Below are positions 23,163-33,759 of a stretch of DNA of 64,000 nt, in pieces. How positions within the stretch are numbered: the first letter of the stretch is position 1; every line of letters begins with the position of its first letter. The translations under genes and the position numbers were made by a program. The DNA is from an uncultured Clostridia bacterium (GTDB lineage Bacteria; Bacillota; Clostridia; TANB77; CAG-508): the NCBI GenBank assembly GCA_947630065.1, contig CANRGE010000003.1, positions 17,792 through 81,791 of the forward strand, read 5' to 3'. Below the pieces are notes generated by a model. It was not told the origin of the DNA and made no database searches. It worked only from the letters and a program-made list of their open reading frames with translations.

Positions 23163-23263
23163 CTCTAAAACCTTTTTTTAATTTTATGAGGCAAAGTATA
23201 ATAATATTCAAAAAAGAAACTTTAGATCTACTAAAGTTTCTAAAATATTAGCTATATATTATT

Positions 23264-23932
23264 TTAAAATTCTTCTATTGATAATTTTGCATAATATTCT
23301 GGATTAAATTCTTCATCATATTCTATTCCATCAAATATCTCAGGCATTTCTTGTTTGAAATATTTTAATAATGGAATCATTACTTGACGAATTGCTGGAT
23401 GAACATGATTATTTGCTCTTAGACTAAGTATATGTTTCCACTCACGTATATTTGCTGTCATTGTATATTCTGCTGCTGTAGAATGTGGTAATAAATTTCT
23501 GCACATATCTGTTGTAGCACCTAATTCTTTCATTTTTAAATATGATTTTTCAATTTCTTGCATTGCTTTTTTCCAATTATCATATATTTCTTTATCTTCT
23601 ATATATACAGGATTAATAAAAGAAATTTCATTTCCATATTTGTCTTTATCGTAACTGCAATATCTCGTTGATTCTACTGAAAAGCTTGCAAATCTATGTC
23701 TAGTTAAATCTTTATATGAACCTATATCATTATAAATTCTTACAGTTATTTTTTCGTGCTCTAAAACTGATTCATGTCCACGGTTTAAACAGTTTTTTAA
23801 TAAGTTTTTATAACTGTCTTCTGAGATTTTATCTTCAGAACGATAACATGTTCTACAAGCCCTTTCTATTCTTTTCATTATTTGTTTTCCGTCAAATTTT
23901 TCTACTTTTATCCATGGTTCCACTAATTTCAT
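23264..23932 (-). CDS. thyX: FAD-dependent thymidylate synthase
   Basis: ThyX signature RHRFASFSVESTRY and a length of about 220 aa. Confidence 0.8.
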   Translation of the reverse strand: MKLVEPWIKVEKFDGKQIMKRIERACRTCYRSEDKISEDSYKNLLKNCLNRGHESVLEHEKITVRIYNDIGSYKDLTRHRFASFSVESTRYCSYDKDKYGNEISFINPVYIEDKEIYDNWKKAMQEIEKSYLKMKELGATTDMCRNLLPHSTAAEYTMTANIREWKHILSLRANNHVHPAIRQVMIPLLKYFKQEMPEIFDGIEYDEEFNPEYYAKLSIEEF

Positions 23933-24109
23933 TTTAATTCCTCCATTTTTTATATCTTAATTTTTATTCAATATATCAAAAATACCTATTTTTTGCAATA
24001 GGTATTTAGATAATTTAAACTTTTATAAAAAAGCTGATAATATAAACTTTTTTATTGCATAAATCAAAAAGAAGAAATAATATAACTAACTATTTCTTCT
24101 TTTAATTAT

Positions 24110-24949
24110 TTACATATTATGTCCTCTTCCTTCTGGAAGTGCTGGTGTATCAACAACAATTCTAATTCTAAATATCATACCAACAGCTCTACCGAATTTG
24201 CTATTTTTAATTCTTTGCCATAATGTTGGTTTTATTTCTACTTGCGTATTTTCTACATATTCTTTATTTTCTTCTTCAGCAGCAAGAGCTTGTTCTTTTT
24301 CTTCTGCAAGTTGTTTTTCATATTCTACTGGAACAGGTATTACTTTTAATGCATCAGCAACTTCTATTCCTATGTAGCTTAAAGCTTTTGATCTATCTTC
24401 TATTCTTTCCATATCAATTTCTATATGTAAATTAGATTCTAGGTTAGCAATTCTTGCATTTACAAGTTTTAATGCATCTTGATAATTTTGAGATTTATCT
24501 GTTTTTGATCTTCCTATTATTCCTAGAGTTTCTGCTATATCTTCGCCATATTTTTCTTCGGCTGCTTTAACTTCATTTTTCCAATCTGGTGCTTTTGTTT
24601 CTACTTTTTCTAATGCGTCTTTTAATTCTCCTGCTAATATAATATTTTTTTCTCTTTGTCTTATTAATTCTTCTATTTGTTTTGTATTTTCTTCAAATTG
24701 GTTTGTTGCATATTCTACTAACCCATAAGCTGATCTATATACGCTTACAGGGAAATTCTTCTTTTTTGGATATTCAATTAAATACGTTTTAACTGATTCA
24801 ATTAAGTCTTTAAAATATGAATCTTCTTCTAATTGAACTATTTGTTTTTTACTATTTGGATTAATTAATTTTTGTATTTTATCTATGTTAGATAAAATTT
24901 TTTCTTCTGTGATTACCATTCTCACGTTTACTATGCCAGTCTTAGACAT
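24110..24949 (-). CDS. hypothetical coiled-coil protein (279 aa)
   Basis: ORF with a long charged helical region and no confident family. Confidence 0.35.
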   Translation of the reverse strand: MSKTGIVNVRMVITEEKILSNIDKIQKLINPNSKKQIVQLEEDSYFKDLIESVKTYLIEYPKKKNFPVSVYRSAYGLVEYATNQFEENTKQIEELIRQREKNIILAGELKDALEKVETKAPDWKNEVKAAEEKYGEDIAETLGIIGRSKTDKSQNYQDALKLVNARIANLESNLHIEIDMERIEDRSKALSYIGIEVADALKVIPVPVEYEKQLAEEKEQALAAEEENKEYVENTQVEIKPTLWQRIKNSKFGRAVGMIFRIRIVVDTPALPEGRGHNM

Positions 24950-25116
24950 TGTAAACCTCCCTCCTTTGTCCTATGTATTATTAAATTTACTATTACGTTT
25001 TCTAACAATCAAATTATACATCTTTTTTCAAAAAACTACAATAGGATTTCGATTAAATTTATATTTCTATTCGATTACAATTTTATTACAAAATTATTCT
25101 AAAAGTCAACAAGATT

Positions 25117-25689
25117 TTACATTTTTTTCAATAAATTTTTTAGTAGATAATTGTCGTATTCTTTATAAAGCTTTTGTATGTCCATTTCTTCTTTTATTCT
25201 TATTTTATAAACAAGGCTTGCACAAGTTAATCCGAATATTCCTGATGCTAAAATTTCCGGATCACCTTGAATTATTTCTCCTTTTTCCATTCCTTCTTTT
25301 ATTAACTCTTCTATTTGTTTTATGTATTCAACAACATAATTTTTGCACATTATATTTCTTGGTTCATTTCCCCATATTTGACTTAAAACTATAGTCATAA
25401 AATCTTCATATTTTGCTATTATTTTTATTTGAATTAATATAACAGCTCTTAGTTTATCTATTGAATTATCTAATTTAGAGATTTTAATATCTATGCTGTT
25501 TCTTAATAATTTCATTCCTTCCTCTACTAAGAAATTAAAAATTTCTTCCTTACTAGAAAAATGATAATATAATGTTCCTTTAGCTACTCCAACCATTGCT
25601 GTAATTTCTTCTATACTGGTAGCATCATAACCTTTTTGTGCAAATAATTTCATAGAAGTTTCGAATATTTTTCTTTTTGTCTTGTTCAT
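25117..25689 (-). CDS. TetR/AcrR-family transcriptional regulator
   Basis: N-terminal HTH FAQKGYDATSIEEITAMVGVAKGTLYYHFSSKEEIF. Confidence 0.8.
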   Translation of the reverse strand: MNKTKRKIFETSMKLFAQKGYDATSIEEITAMVGVAKGTLYYHFSSKEEIFNFLVEEGMKLLRNSIDIKISKLDNSIDKLRAVILIQIKIIAKYEDFMTIVLSQIWGNEPRNIMCKNYVVEYIKQIEELIKEGMEKGEIIQGDPEILASGIFGLTCASLVYKIRIKEEMDIQKLYKEYDNYLLKNLLKKM

Positions 25690-25704
25690 ATAATTCTCCT
25701 AATA

Positions 25705-26289
25705 TTAATAATTATTCTTTTTTAACCATTCATTATATTTTTCTTTTATAATCTCTTTTGTTTCAATTGGTGTAATGTCGCTAGTATCTATTACTAAGTC
25801 GTAATTATTCATATCATTTCTTTTTATTCCATACAATTCTAAGAATCTTTTATTTTCTAATTCATATCTTTTTTCTAGTGCTTTTTTTTGTTCTTCAAAA
25901 GTTTCAAAACTTTCTGTATCTTTTCTATCTTTATCGTTTAATGCTCTTCTTGCCGAAACATCTATGTCTACTTTTAAATATACCTTAAATGATTTAGGTA
26001 CAGCATACCATCCTAGTCTTGCATCTACAATTACATTATCATTTTCCATTGCATATTCTGCTGCACTTTGTTCTATTTTTCTATCAATTTCCGGATGATT
26101 TTCTACATACTTATTATATTCTGTTATATCCATGTTTAGCTCTTTTGCTATTTTTCTTGCATATGCACCATTTCTATGAATAGAATATCCTAACTCTTCA
26201 GCAAGAAGATTAGTAACTGTAGTTTTACCACTTGCTAAATCTCCTGTAATTGTTATAATATGTCTATTTTTTATGTTTTCACCTAACAT
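25705..26289 (-). CDS. cytidylate-kinase-like family P-loop kinase
   Basis: P-loop TGDLASGKTTV and a Cmk-like VIVDARLGWYAVP...SARRA region. It occupies the slot after rpoZ and is not guanylate kinase. Confidence 0.55.
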   Translation of the reverse strand: MLGENIKNRHIITITGDLASGKTTVTNLLAEELGYSIHRNGAYARKIAKELNMDITEYNKYVENHPEIDRKIEQSAAEYAMENDNVIVDARLGWYAVPKSFKVYLKVDIDVSARRALNDKDRKDTESFETFEEQKKALEKRYELENKRFLELYGIKRNDMNNYDLVIDTSDITPIETKEIIKEKYNEWLKKNNY

Positions 26290-26471
26290 ATTGTCACCTT
26301 TCCTTCAGCAATTTCATCTGCTGCAAGAGTTACTGTAGATGCCTCTGTTTTATTTACTAAAGGTCTATCTCCTTTAGATAATTGTCTTGCCCTTTTTGAA
26401 GTTACTACTACTAGTTTAAATCTGTTATCAATTTTTGTTAGTAATTTTGTTACTGTTGGTTCTACCATCAT
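26283..26471 (-). CDS. rpoZ: DNA-directed RNA polymerase subunit omega
   Basis: MMVEPTVTKLLTKIDNRFKLVVVTSKRARQL is typical RpoZ. Confidence 0.8.
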   Translation of the reverse strand: MMVEPTVTKLLTKIDNRFKLVVVTSKRARQLSKGDRPLVNKTEASTVTLAADEIAEGKVTIC

Positions 26472-26487
26472 TTTTAAATTCCCCCTT

Positions 26488-26736
26488 TTATTCTTCAACC
26501 TCATCCTTATCTAATCTTCCTGCTACTGTTTCAGGTTGTACTGCAGAAAGTATAATATGTCCTGAATCCATAATTATTACTGCTCTTGTTCTTCTACCAT
26601 AAGTTGCATCAACTGCCGAGCCAGAATCTTTTGCTTCTTGAATAATTCTTTTTATTGGTGCTGATTCTGGACTAACAATTGCAATTATTCTATTTGCAGA
26701 TACTATGTTGCCAAATCCAATATTTATTAATTGCAT
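26488..26736 (-). CDS. remA: DUF370/RemA-family regulator
   Basis: 82 aa, [37 protein letters not shown], in the conserved position between yicC and rpoZ. Confidence 0.8.
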   Translation of the reverse strand: MQLINIGFGNIVSANRIIAIVSPESAPIKRIIQEAKDSGSAVDATYGRRTRAVIIMDSGHIILSAVQPETVAGRLDKDEVEE

Positions 26737-26754
26737 TTTTTGACTCCTTTTCTT

Positions 26755-27627
26755 TTATTCTATATTTTGAATTTGTTCTCTAATGTCTTCTAATATTGTT
26801 TTAATTTGAATTACTAAATTGGTAATTTCCAAATTATTTGCCTTAGAACCTATAGTATTTGTTTCTCTATTCATTTCTTGCATTAAAAAGTCAAGTTTCT
26901 TGCCTACTGGCTCATCTTCTGTTATTAACTTTTTGAATTGTGAAATATGACTTTTCAATCTTGTCAACTCTTCTTCTATAGAACATTTATCAGAATAAAT
27001 AACTATTTCTTGTTCTAATCTGTCTTCATTAACAATATCTGTATTTAGTAATTCTTTTATCCTTGTTCTTAATTTTACTATATATTCTTCCACAAGTCTA
27101 GTAGAATATTTAGAAATTTTTTCAACATCTTTTGATACTTCTTCTATTCTTTTTTCAAAATCCTCTTTAATTCTAGTTCCTTCTTCTTTTCTCATCATAA
27201 CAAATTGGTCTATTGCATTTTTTAAACATATACTTAATTCTTCCCAAATTAGTGTTTCATCTTCATTATTTTCTACTGTTAATACATCTGGAAGTTTAGA
27301 AATATCCATTACTTGTATATCATCTTTTATATTATTTTCTTTTGCTAATTTTTTTAATTCCCCTATATAAATTTTAGCAAGCTCTGAATTAATTTTTATA
27401 TTCTTTCCCTGTGCACTATTATTTTCGAATTCAATATATATGTCTATTTTTCCTCTTGAAATATTGGCTTGTACATATTTTTTTACTTTTTCCTCTAAAT
27501 AGCTTATATCTTTTGGCATTTTTATTGTTAGTGCATTATACTTATGATTTACTGATTTTATTTCTACTTTATAACATCTATTATTAGTTTCTATATTCGC
27601 TCTACCATAGCCAGTCATACTATTCAT
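26755..27627 (-). CDS. yicC: YicC/YloC-family protein
   Basis: MNSMTGYGRANIETNNRCYKVEIKSVNHKY N-terminus and a length of 290 aa. Confidence 0.85.
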   Translation of the reverse strand: MNSMTGYGRANIETNNRCYKVEIKSVNHKYNALTIKMPKDISYLEEKVKKYVQANISRGKIDIYIEFENNSAQGKNIKINSELAKIYIGELKKLAKENNIKDDIQVMDISKLPDVLTVENNEDETLIWEELSICLKNAIDQFVMMRKEEGTRIKEDFEKRIEEVSKDVEKISKYSTRLVEEYIVKLRTRIKELLNTDIVNEDRLEQEIVIYSDKCSIEEELTRLKSHISQFKKLITEDEPVGKKLDFLMQEMNRETNTIGSKANNLEITNLVIQIKTILEDIREQIQNIE

Positions 27628-27644
27628 ATCTTTTATCTCTCCTA

Positions 27645-28157
27645 TTATTTCTTTATTATTTCGTTAATGTCATTTAAATTTTCTTTGTATTCTTTGTTAA
27701 GTTTTATATATGTAATTGTAGCTTTTAATACATAATAAATGGCAAATACATATCCTACAAATGCCACTAAGACTTCATATTTTTCAAAATATAATTTGTA
27801 TACGTATATTCCAATCATAGTAAACAATGATAACAAAAAGGTTTCTATTGAATGAATAAATATACTAGTATTTTCTTTTTTATAACTTAGTTCAAATAAA
27901 ACAATAGTTAATATTATAAGAGCCATCGTAAACACTTTTAAATCAACTATATATATATTAGTTTCTATATTTAATGCTCCCAAATTCAAAAAATTGCTAT
28001 ATACCAATACAATTATTGCTATTATTATATTTTCAAATACTTTTTTATTAATTATATCCAAATTTTTTTTAGGAATTTGTTTTTTATTTTTAAATTGTCT
28101 ATCAATTTCTTCAATATTTTCATAAATTTTATCTTCATTTTTTATGTTTTCTTTCAT
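27645..28157 (-). CDS. hypothetical membrane protein (170 aa)
   Basis: Three or four predicted TM segments. Confidence 0.4.
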   Translation of the reverse strand: MKENIKNEDKIYENIEEIDRQFKNKKQIPKKNLDIINKKVFENIIIAIIVLVYSNFLNLGALNIETNIYIVDLKVFTMALIILTIVLFELSYKKENTSIFIHSIETFLLSLFTMIGIYVYKLYFEKYEVLVAFVGYVFAIYYVLKATITYIKLNKEYKENLNDINEIIKK

Positions 28158-28181
28158 GCACCTATCAACCTCCTTGTACTA

Positions 28182-28928
28182 TTAATTTTTATCTAATTCA
28201 TACATTATTATACTTGAAATAACCATTCCTGCTGTTTCTGTTCTTAATATTCTTTTTCCTAATGTTATTATTTTTGAATTATTATCCTTTAAAAATTCAA
28301 TTTCTTTTGGAGCTATTCCACCTTCTGGTCCAATAATAATTGCGATCCTATATTTTTCTTTATTATTTACTTCTTTTATTATTTGTTTTAATGTCTGCTG
28401 TTTTTCTTCCTCATATGCTACTATTACTATATCATAATCTTTTAAATTTTCATATATATTTTTTAAACTTGTGCAATTATTTATTATAGGTATTTTATCT
28501 CTTTTACTTTGTTTTGCAGCAACCTCAGCAATTTTTCTCCATCTTTCAATTTTTTTGTTTTCATTTTTATTATCTAATTTTACTACACATCTTTCCATAA
28601 TAACAGGAGTAAATTCAGATACTCCTATTTCTGTATTTTTTTGAATTATAGTCTCCATTTTCTCTGATTTTGGCAATCCTTGTAGTATGTGTATATAGAC
28701 ATTACTTTCCGTAGTTTCATCTAATTTTGATAATATCTCACATTTAATACTATTACTATTTAAGTCAATTATTTTACATTCATAATTTTCAGAAGTATTT
28801 AAGTTGCATATTTGTATTTCATCGTTTTTATTTAATCTTAATACGTTTTTTATATGATTAACATCTTCATTTAATATTTCTATTTGATTATTATTAATTT
28901 GATTGCTATTAACAAAAAATTTATACAT
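28182..28928 (-). CDS. rsmE: 16S rRNA (uracil1498-N3)-methyltransferase
   Basis: C-terminal SPOUT motif IIGPEGGIAPKEIEFL...LGKRILRTETAG. Confidence 0.85.
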   Translation of the reverse strand: MYKFFVNSNQINNNQIEILNEDVNHIKNVLRLNKNDEIQICNLNTSENYECKIIDLNSNSIKCEILSKLDETTESNVYIHILQGLPKSEKMETIIQKNTEIGVSEFTPVIMERCVVKLDNKNENKKIERWRKIAEVAAKQSKRDKIPIINNCTSLKNIYENLKDYDIVIVAYEEEKQQTLKQIIKEVNNKEKYRIAIIIGPEGGIAPKEIEFLKDNNSKIITLGKRILRTETAGMVISSIIMYELDKN

Positions 28929-28943
28929 TACTTCTCCCTTCTA

Positions 28944-29069
28944 GAACAAATCTCGCTTCGCGAGACCTTTTCCTACATCTTAAAGTTTACTATCTAAATT
29001 CAAGGTCTCAAAGAAGCGTAAAGATTTGTTGACGCGAAAATTTACAAAGTAAATTTCCCGTGCAATATT
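28944..29069 (+). repeat. dispersed intergenic repeat, copy D1 (3'-truncated), in tandem with D2
   Basis: Consensus from GAACAAATCTCGC through TTTCCCGTGCAATATTA, then an immediate restart of the element. Confidence 0.9.
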
Positions 29070-29238
29070 AGAACAAATCTCGCTTCGCGAGACCTTTTCT
29101 CTACATCTTAAAGTTTGCTATCTAAATTTAAGGTCTCAAAGAAGCGTAAAGATTTGTTGTCGCGAAAATTTACAAAGTAAATTTTCTGTGCAATGTTAGT
29201 TTTTGATATAATAGGAAAGTTCTACTTTCCTATTATAT
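29070..29238 (+). repeat. dispersed intergenic repeat, copy D2 (full length)
   Basis: Full consensus. It abuts the xerD terminator hairpin. Confidence 0.9.
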
Positions 29239-29239
29239 C

Positions 29240-29275
29240 AAAAAATGATACTGCTAAGCAGTATCATTTTTTTGT
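29240..29275 (-). terminator. intrinsic terminator of xerD
   Basis: ATGATACTGCTAAGCAGTATCAT hairpin with T7 on plus and T6 on minus. Confidence 0.6.
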
Positions 29276-29289
29276 GTAATTTTCTTTTA

Positions 29290-30171
29290 TTATGCTCTTG
29301 GATGAGCTTGTTTATATATATTCTTAATACTGTCATCTTGGAATTGCATATATACTTGTGTTGATGATATATCTGAATGGCCAAGCATTGTTTGTATAGC
29401 TTTTAAATCTGCTCCATTTTGTAAAAGATGTGTTGCAAATGAATGTCTTAGTACGTGTGGAGTTATGTCTTTTGTTATATGAGCTTGTTCTTTATAGTAT
29501 TTTACTATTTTCCAAAATCCTTGACGTGTTAATCTTTTTCCATTTGTGTTTACAAATAATGCTGTTTCTGCATCATTTTTTATAATTAATGGTCTCGCAT
29601 TTTGTATATATTCTTTTAATGCTTTTAATGATAATGTTCCTAATGGTATACGTCTTTGTTTTGAACCATTTTTGCAAGTTACGATTCCTTCTTTTAGATT
29701 AACATCTTCTAAATTTAATGATATTATTTCTGTAACTCTCATTCCTGTAGCATATGCAAATTCTAACATCGCTTTATCTCTAGTTCCTTTTAAATCTACA
29801 TCTTTAGGTTGTTCTAATAGTAATTCTATTTCTTGTGATGATAATACACTTGGTGCTTTTTTCTCTACTTTTGGAGATTGTATTTTTTCTGTAGGGTCTT
29901 TTTTTATTTTTCTATTACGTAATAAAAATTGATAAAATGATCTTATTGATGCTAAATTCCTTGATATTGTTGATGTCTTTTTGCCTATTTCTGCTAGATA
30001 ATCTAAATATTTTTTTATATCTGCATTTTCTACTTTTAAATAATTTATTTTATTCTTATTCACATATTCTTCATATTGCAAAATGTCTCTTCTGTATGAT
30101 TGTAATGTGTTTTCAGATAGTTTCTTGTCTTCTTTAATAAATTCTAAAAAATTGCTAATTTGTTTTTCCAT
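29290..30171 (-). CDS. xerD: site-specific tyrosine recombinase XerD
   Basis: 293 aa with HVLRHSFATHLLQNGADLKAIQTMLGHSDISSTQVY catalytic R-H-R-Y box. It is adjacent to spoIIM as in other Clostridia. Confidence 0.85.
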   Translation of the reverse strand: MEKQISNFLEFIKEDKKLSENTLQSYRRDILQYEEYVNKNKINYLKVENADIKKYLDYLAEIGKKTSTISRNLASIRSFYQFLLRNRKIKKDPTEKIQSPKVEKKAPSVLSSQEIELLLEQPKDVDLKGTRDKAMLEFAYATGMRVTEIISLNLEDVNLKEGIVTCKNGSKQRRIPLGTLSLKALKEYIQNARPLIIKNDAETALFVNTNGKRLTRQGFWKIVKYYKEQAHITKDITPHVLRHSFATHLLQNGADLKAIQTMLGHSDISSTQVYMQFQDDSIKNIYKQAHPRA

Positions 30172-30462
30172 TTTTTATAACATTCCTTTCCTTATCTCTC
30201 ACAAATCAATCTCAATTAGTTTCTACACTTGCAGTAAATTTTTATTATAGAAAACTATTATATATTAAATTTTCTATAGTTTCAAAACATTATGTATTAA
30301 TGTCTAAACTGTTGCTGTTAGTTAAGAATTAACATAACTTACTATGTTATATCAAATTATTTTAAAAAAGTAAATACTTTTTTAAATTTAATTTTTAAAT
30401 TTTATTGCTAAATTGCTTGCTTAAAAAATTAATTGCTTTAAGCAATAGAAATAATAAGATGA

Positions 30463-30633
30463 GAACAAATCTCGCTTCGCGAGACCTTTTCTCTACGTCT
30501 TAAAGTTTGCTATCTAAATTCAAGGTCTCAAAGAAGCGTAAAGATTTGTTGACGTGAAAATTTACAAAGTAAATTTTCTGTGCAATGTTATTTTTTATAT
30601 AATAGGAAAGTTCTACTTTCCTATTATATAAAA
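30463..30633 (+). repeat. dispersed ~170-bp intergenic repeat, copy E
   Basis: Full consensus with a CTACGTCTT variant. Confidence 0.9.
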
Positions 30634-30804
30634 AACGAGTTCGACCCTGAGAAGCGACAGCGCCATAATGCTTTTGCTAAGAATAGTGTGTCTCTTTACT
30701 TCTTAAAACCACGTTAACTAAAACGCCTTGGAGAACGGAATTTTTTAGCTTATTATTTCTATTGTTATTTCTATACAACTACTTATTTTATCCTATTAAT
30801 TGCA

Positions 30805-31467
30805 TTATATATACTTTGAGCATATTTGTAATAGCCCCGTAGAAACATATGCTTCTATAAATGCTGTCATTTCTATAAATAATAAAATTATTAAGCAAAA
30901 CAAAGTATGTCTTGTAATTTCTAATTTTATATTCTTTCTGTTTCGTTCCTTTACAATATTTTTATATATTTTCGTTCCACTTACTGTTAATGCTATAATG
31001 CATGGTATAAATATTACATTCTGTAATAATATAGAAGCACTTGTAAACAATATACCTTTTCCTATTCCAAAAACCAGTATTGATGCAGATATTGTATAAC
31101 TTAAGCAAAAGCCCCTATATGCTATAATTATATATACAAGTGGAATTCCTATTATAGTTGACCCCATAAACCAAATTAGTACTGTTAACCAAAAATTCGA
31201 AATTAATGAATTTTTTAATAATAAAGTTGTATCTATTTCATAATTAGTTTTTAATTGTTGTAAAAAATCATTCAAATATGTACTAATTTCGTTTATCTGT
31301 TGTTCATTTGCATTATTAACAAAAATAACTCCGCAAATAACTCCTACAATAAATATTAATAGTGTAAAAATGTACTCTTTTAAATTATTATTTATATGTT
31401 TTAATATTATATCTTTAATTGTATTGTTGTTTTTTCTTCCTCTGTTTTTCAATTTGCCCTCCCACAT
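30805..31467 (-). CDS. spoIIM: stage II sporulation protein M-like membrane protein
   Basis: 220-aa polytopic membrane protein adjacent to xerD. Length and TM layout fit SpoIIM. Confidence 0.55.
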   Translation of the reverse strand: MWEGKLKNRGRKNNNTIKDIILKHINNNLKEYIFTLLIFIVGVICGVIFVNNANEQQINEISTYLNDFLQQLKTNYEIDTTLLLKNSLISNFWLTVLIWFMGSTIIGIPLVYIIIAYRGFCLSYTISASILVFGIGKGILFTSASILLQNVIFIPCIIALTVSGTKIYKNIVKERNRKNIKLEITRHTLFCLIILLFIEMTAFIEAYVSTGLLQICSKYI

Positions 31468-31543
31468 ATTATTTTGTTACATAATATGTAGAAAAAACAT
31501 TTTTAGAACTAATAGAGAAAAATATTTCATTATACTATTTTTA

Positions 31544-32764
31544 TTAATTAGCTGTTATTTTTCCATATACTCCTCCACCACCTGCTTGTATTCCTAATTG
31601 TCCTTCTCTGGCTTTTATTATATTATCAGCTATTTTTTCTCCTACTACTGCTTCAATATCATCTTTTGATAATTTATGTAATATATTCATTTCTGTTTCG
31701 AAATTATCTATAAGTTTATTTATTGTTTTTCCTCCAAGTCCTGGTATAAATGTAAGAGGTATTTGATATACATATGGTGGCCTATTTTCTGGACTTTTTG
31801 TATTTTCTTTGTCTTTTATAATTTCTATTCTATCAAAAACGCCCATAGTTATATTTTTCGAATCACAATCTGGGCAGCTTATAACTGGCGCTTTTCCTTC
31901 TACATTTTTTTGGCAAGTTTCACAATAAGTTCTGTGATATTTTCCAAGTTTAGGATCTAATCCATAATTACATAATATTTTTCTTCCGTTTTCCCCTTTA
32001 ATTGCTTGTAATATTTCTTTAAAACTAATATCTTGTACTAACATTTTGTTATATTCTCTTGCTATTTTTGGTAAAGAATGTGCATCTGAATTTGTTAAAA
32101 AGTTTTTTGTTTCTAATTCTGATATTTTATCTGCTAAATATGTGTCAGAACTTAATCCTAATTCTATTGCAAATATCTTATTAAATTTTTCTTTAAATAT
32201 ATTTTCTAATCGTGCTGTACAATTTCCATAAAAACTTTTATGTGGAGTAAATGCATGTGCAGGTATTAAAACGCCATTATATTTTTCTACTATATCAACC
32301 AATTCATATGCTGAAATATTAGCCCTTTGAGAACTCAATGTGATATTTTTTATATGTTTTTCCATTTCCTTTGAAAAGTTTTTTATGTCTTGTAATTTTG
32401 GAAAATAGCATAAATTATGAGCACTACCTGTTTTTCCATTATCATTTATTTCTGATGTTTCTATTTCGCTTCCTAATATTATACAAACCTTATCTTTGTA
32501 AATAATTCCCCCATCTTCTATTTCATATGCCTCTCCATTTTTTAAAAAATCTTCAATATCTTCAATAACATATGGAGATGCACAATCTATTATTCCAACT
32601 ACATTTATTCCTTTTTTATCAACACATTCTTTTGCTATATTTTCAAAATTTAGACTTCTTGCTGCTGTTATTTTTATTGGTTTGTTGGATTTACTTCTTC
32701 CTATGTGAACATGCATATCTGCAAAAATTTCATACATTTTACCTATTATAACTCCTTTCACCAT
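31544..32764 (-). CDS. PHP-domain TIGR00375/endonuclease-Q-like protein
   Basis: N-terminal FADMHVHIG PHP motif, C-terminal Cys cluster CETCQKN...CPDC and GGGGVYG. Confidence 0.55.
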   Translation of the reverse strand: MVKGVIIGKMYEIFADMHVHIGRSKSNKPIKITAARSLNFENIAKECVDKKGINVVGIIDCASPYVIEDIEDFLKNGEAYEIEDGGIIYKDKVCIILGSEIETSEINDNGKTGSAHNLCYFPKLQDIKNFSKEMEKHIKNITLSSQRANISAYELVDIVEKYNGVLIPAHAFTPHKSFYGNCTARLENIFKEKFNKIFAIELGLSSDTYLADKISELETKNFLTNSDAHSLPKIAREYNKMLVQDISFKEILQAIKGENGRKILCNYGLDPKLGKYHRTYCETCQKNVEGKAPVISCPDCDSKNITMGVFDRIEIIKDKENTKSPENRPPYVYQIPLTFIPGLGGKTINKLIDNFETEMNILHKLSKDDIEAVVGEKIADNIIKAREGQLGIQAGGGGVYGKITAN

Positions 32765-32803
32765 ATTAATGTTTCTAACATAAAGATAGAGGTATAATTA
32801 CCT

Positions 32804-33067
32804 CTATCTTTCCTCTTCTTCTGTAACTTTTACTACATAATCTATTGGTTCTTGTCTTTCTTTTGATTCCATATATTCTTTTAAAACATCATCTATCTTT
32901 GTATTTTTATTTTTTTCTGTTTTTCTTTGAGCTGCTGCAATAGCAAATCCTATTTCTATATTGTTTATATCGTGTTTATCAAATGCTTCTTTTAAAAGTG
33001 TTATTTTATTTGTTGCTTCCGGTTTTTTACTAAATTCTTCATAATATTCACCATTATATGTTCCCAT
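32804..33067 (-). CDS. hypothetical protein (87 aa)
   Basis: ORF only. Confidence 0.35.
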   Translation of the reverse strand: MGTYNGEYYEEFSKKPEATNKITLLKEAFDKHDINNIEIGFAIAAAQRKTEKNKNTKIDDVLKEYMESKERQEPIDYVVKVTEEEER

Positions 33068-33081
33068 TTTTTCCTCCTATT

Positions 33082-33636
33082 TTATACTGCTATTCCTTCT
33101 GTTATTTGTACAAATTCTTTAAATTTTTCTAAATATATATTGTTTTTTCCTTTTAAATTTCTATATTCTAATAATACAAGTGCTTCATCTACTGGAAATC
33201 CTCTTCTTTCTGGTCTATTAAGTAACATTCCGCCAAAATTATCTACTAATTCCAATATATCACTTTCTTTTTCTCTAGGTTCGCTACCTGTATATCTATT
33301 AACTTCTTCACATATTTTACAAAATCTGCTCGGAAATCCTAAAGTTGATAAGTAATCAGCACCTTCTTTTGCATACATCTTTATTTTGTTAAAATCATTA
33401 GTATTAGTAGGCTTTTTACAAGCATATAACATACATGCTGTTAATACCAAATTTTCATCTATGTCGATTTGCATATCTTCAATAAACATTTTTGCTAATT
33501 CTGTTTTAAATATTACTGAGTTATCAAAAAATATATTTGTTCTTTTCTTTAAATAATAGACAATTTCTAATTTTTTTATATAATCTGATTCACTTAGTAT
33601 ATATTCTGCAAAACTTCCCATATTATCCCCTCGCAA
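33082..33636 (-). CDS. hypothetical protein (184 aa)
   Basis: ORF only. Confidence 0.35.
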   Translation of the reverse strand: MRGDNMGSFAEYILSESDYIKKLEIVYYLKKRTNIFFDNSVIFKTELAKMFIEDMQIDIDENLVLTACMLYACKKPTNTNDFNKIKMYAKEGADYLSTLGFPSRFCKICEEVNRYTGSEPREKESDILELVDNFGGMLLNRPERRGFPVDEALVLLEYRNLKGKNNIYLEKFKEFVQITEGIAV

Positions 33637-33759
33637 TACATTTTCTTTTGTATATTAATTTTTGCCTTTTTTATTCGTCTTTATTATATGATAAAGCAAA
33701 AAGCAATTCAACAATATTACAAAAATGTCATTTTATTGTAATATTGTTGAATTGTTTTT

